Shown here piece after piece: positions 62,101 to 64,000 of a DNA stretch of 64,000 nt (the stretch's first letter is position 1; each line of letters opens with the position of its first letter). The translations under genes and the position numbers were made by a program. The stretch is from Balanoglossus misakiensis. Taxonomy: Eukaryota > Animalia > Hemichordata. Under the pieces are notes generated by a model. That model had not been told where the DNA came from and did not search any database. It saw only the letters and a list, made by a program, of their open reading frames with translations. The DNA lies in contig CM082586.2 in the NCBI GenBank assembly GCA_040954595.2, positions 649,123-713,122 of the forward strand, given 5' to 3'.

Positions 62101-63771
62101 CAGATGCAAAACTAGAGCATTGTAGATATCATTTGTGTAAACACAATATAACATTTGTTGACCGCGTATCACTCAGTTTTCATAGCTATAGACTTGAAAA
62201 AGAAGGCTCGCAGACCACTGAAATTATTTCATAAAGAAAAAAAATCTATTACCTTGTCTATTTCTCAAAATAATATTAGATGCGCAGCAGTAATGTAAAA
62301 ATCTTATTCTTTTGCTATCAGACTTATCTTCAAACACCATGCATGAATTTTTGCTCAATCGTGTCTTTCATGATGTACCATTCACTTGATATAACCTGGC
62401 GTACTTCTGCTCTTTGGTGCTGACTTTCGTTGTGGGACTGTGAGCTTAAGTTAACCAATCAATGTCTATGTAACTCAACAGAACTTTTTTTTCGTTTTCA
62501 CCTATGTCCCATATTCATGTTTAATAACATATCTCATTCTCTGTCTGTTTTCTGCTACAACGCAGCATGCAATAATTGTGCATAATTAAGTTTGCACAAT
62601 ATTCATGAATATCCTGTAACTTCTAACAATTTCAATCCCTCTAGTTTTAACCCTTTTACCCCCATGTCTCTGTATGGTTTCACCCACACCCCATTGAAAA
62701 CAATGGGGTGGGATTAAAATATGGTGGTGAAAGGGTTGATTCACTTGTCTATGGGGAAGGGGTGTATATGTATGGTACTGCTACATACTGTGATCAAGGA
62801 TTGTAGAATGAATTTCCTTTTAGGTGTAAACGATGGCAACAAGAAACTTGCTCCCTGCCATTGTGCCCACCATAAAAACATTCAGTATATGCCAGCATAG
62901 TGGATAATACGTTTCAATTCAACATTTCTAACCAGACAAGCAAAATATACATTAAATTTTAGAATTCTCAGAGTTACTTGGAGTTGTATATTCCACAGGC
63001 TTTTGAAGAGACAGACGTTTAATTCATAGTTCATCATATCTTAAAATTATTAGATCACCATCTCCAGAGCCTATTTATAACAGTGAAGGTAAACGTCTGA
63101 ACACGAGGGAATACAGGACAAGGAAGAAGATTGAAGAAGAGAGACATAAGCTTATACAAGAAGCCCTGCAGTTGAACACAGAGTACAAACCACCATCTGA
63201 TTACAAGTAAGCTGGAGTAGTTGTGCTGTTTTCTATAGGGACATGCTTAATAAATCACATCAGTGAAATTCATGTACTTTCTATTGTCGCTCAAGTAAAT
63301 TGTCCAATTTTACTTTTTGTCTTCCAGACCTCCTGTTCAGAGAGTAAGTGACCGAGTCATGATTCCACAAGATAAACATCCTGATATCAACTTTGTAGGT
63401 CTTCTGATTGGACCAAGGTAAGTTGCCTTTCAGTATCTGATTTCACTTCAAGAAAAAGACCTCCAGTGAATGATGTCCATGACATGAATATGCATAGACA
63501 CCATCTTCTTCTGCATACAGTGCCTTTTGAAATACAGCTGACTTCTGAAGTCTGCCAAAGAAAACATGTCTGACTTATTTGTTCCAGAGGTAACACCTTG
63601 AAGAAAATGGAAAAGGAGACATCGGCCAAGATCATGATTCGTGGCAAAGGTTCTGTTAAAGAAGGAAAAGTTGGACGCAAGGATGGTCAACCCTTACCTG
63701 GAGAAGATGAACCATTGCATGCTCTTGTTACTGCCAATAATGCAGAGAGTGTGAAGAAAGCTGTGGACCAG
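59128..63771 (+). CDS. SF1: Splicing factor 1 / branch-point binding protein, 5' part; exons 59128-59305, 59714-59821, 60706-60781, 63054-63206, 63328-63417, 63588-63771; continues beyond window
   Basis: [68 protein letters not shown] domain [40 protein letters not shown]. Confidence 0.96.
60368..60635. mobile_element. 268-bp hAT-like MITE / inverted repeat in SF1 intron 2
   Basis: Perfect 16-bp inverted repeat AATGTTCCCTCTAAGT (60369-60384) / ACTTAGAGGGAACATT (60619-60634); 8-bp flanks accattat/atcagtaa match 5/8. Confidence 0.6.
62651..62735. mobile_element. 85-bp piggyBac-like MITE (full-length) in SF1 intron 3
   Basis: ttaa|CCCTTTTACC ... GGTGAAAGGG|ttga. Confidence 0.72.
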
Positions 63772-64000
63772 GTAAGGCAACTGTGAGGTCTTTAAGGTGT
63801 TTTTGTGTTGGTTATCTTGGGATTGAGTTTCATCTAATGTTGGTCCACAGGTTGACACACAATGATTCCTGACACCAATATCCTGTCAATCACCAGATAT
63901 TTGACACAAGTTAACATCCAATAATAAATTTACAATGCACCAAAATCATATGTTTTTATTTTGAATGTACTGTGTGTCTTTATATTTGCTGTAAACTTAT

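Noticed and set aside
63455-63555. Possible C/D snoRNA in SF1 intron 5 (ATGATGT...CTGA)
   Set aside because: C box imperfect, terminal stem weak, no recognisable rRNA or snRNA antisense element

Overview
Eukaryotic (animal) genomic DNA, AT-rich, mostly with short GT-AG introns. Protein similarity, intron style and CpG-poor gene bodies suggest a marine invertebrate, probably a deuterostome such as a hemichordate or echinoderm (inference). About 1-9 kb has no convincing coding exon. It is followed by a dense cluster of 13 genes: RNGTT(-), XRCC5/Ku80(+), an FkbM-like type II membrane protein(-), a CHST-family sulfotransferase(+), PIGV(-), TADA3(+), two tandem glutathionyl-hydroquinone reductase (Xi-class GST) genes(+), NMD3(+), HMGCL(+), OSBPL1A/ORP1(+), TSEN2(-) and SF1(+, runs off the window). 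The best candidates for undescribed biology are three. (1) A head-to-head pair of single-coding-exon Golgi-type enzymes: a degenerate FkbM methyltransferase plus a sulfotransferase. (2) An animal tandem pair of GS-HQ reductases with a gene-conversion-like tract, bracketed by CTCF-like motifs. (3) A hidden internal promoter and alternative ATG exon in the 6.4-kb ORP1 intron that would give an ORP2-like FFAT+ORD isoform. Also present are a U12-type intron in XRCC5, possible SF1 autoregulatory intron elements, and several MITE families. All gene models were spliced by eye, and no database searches were run.
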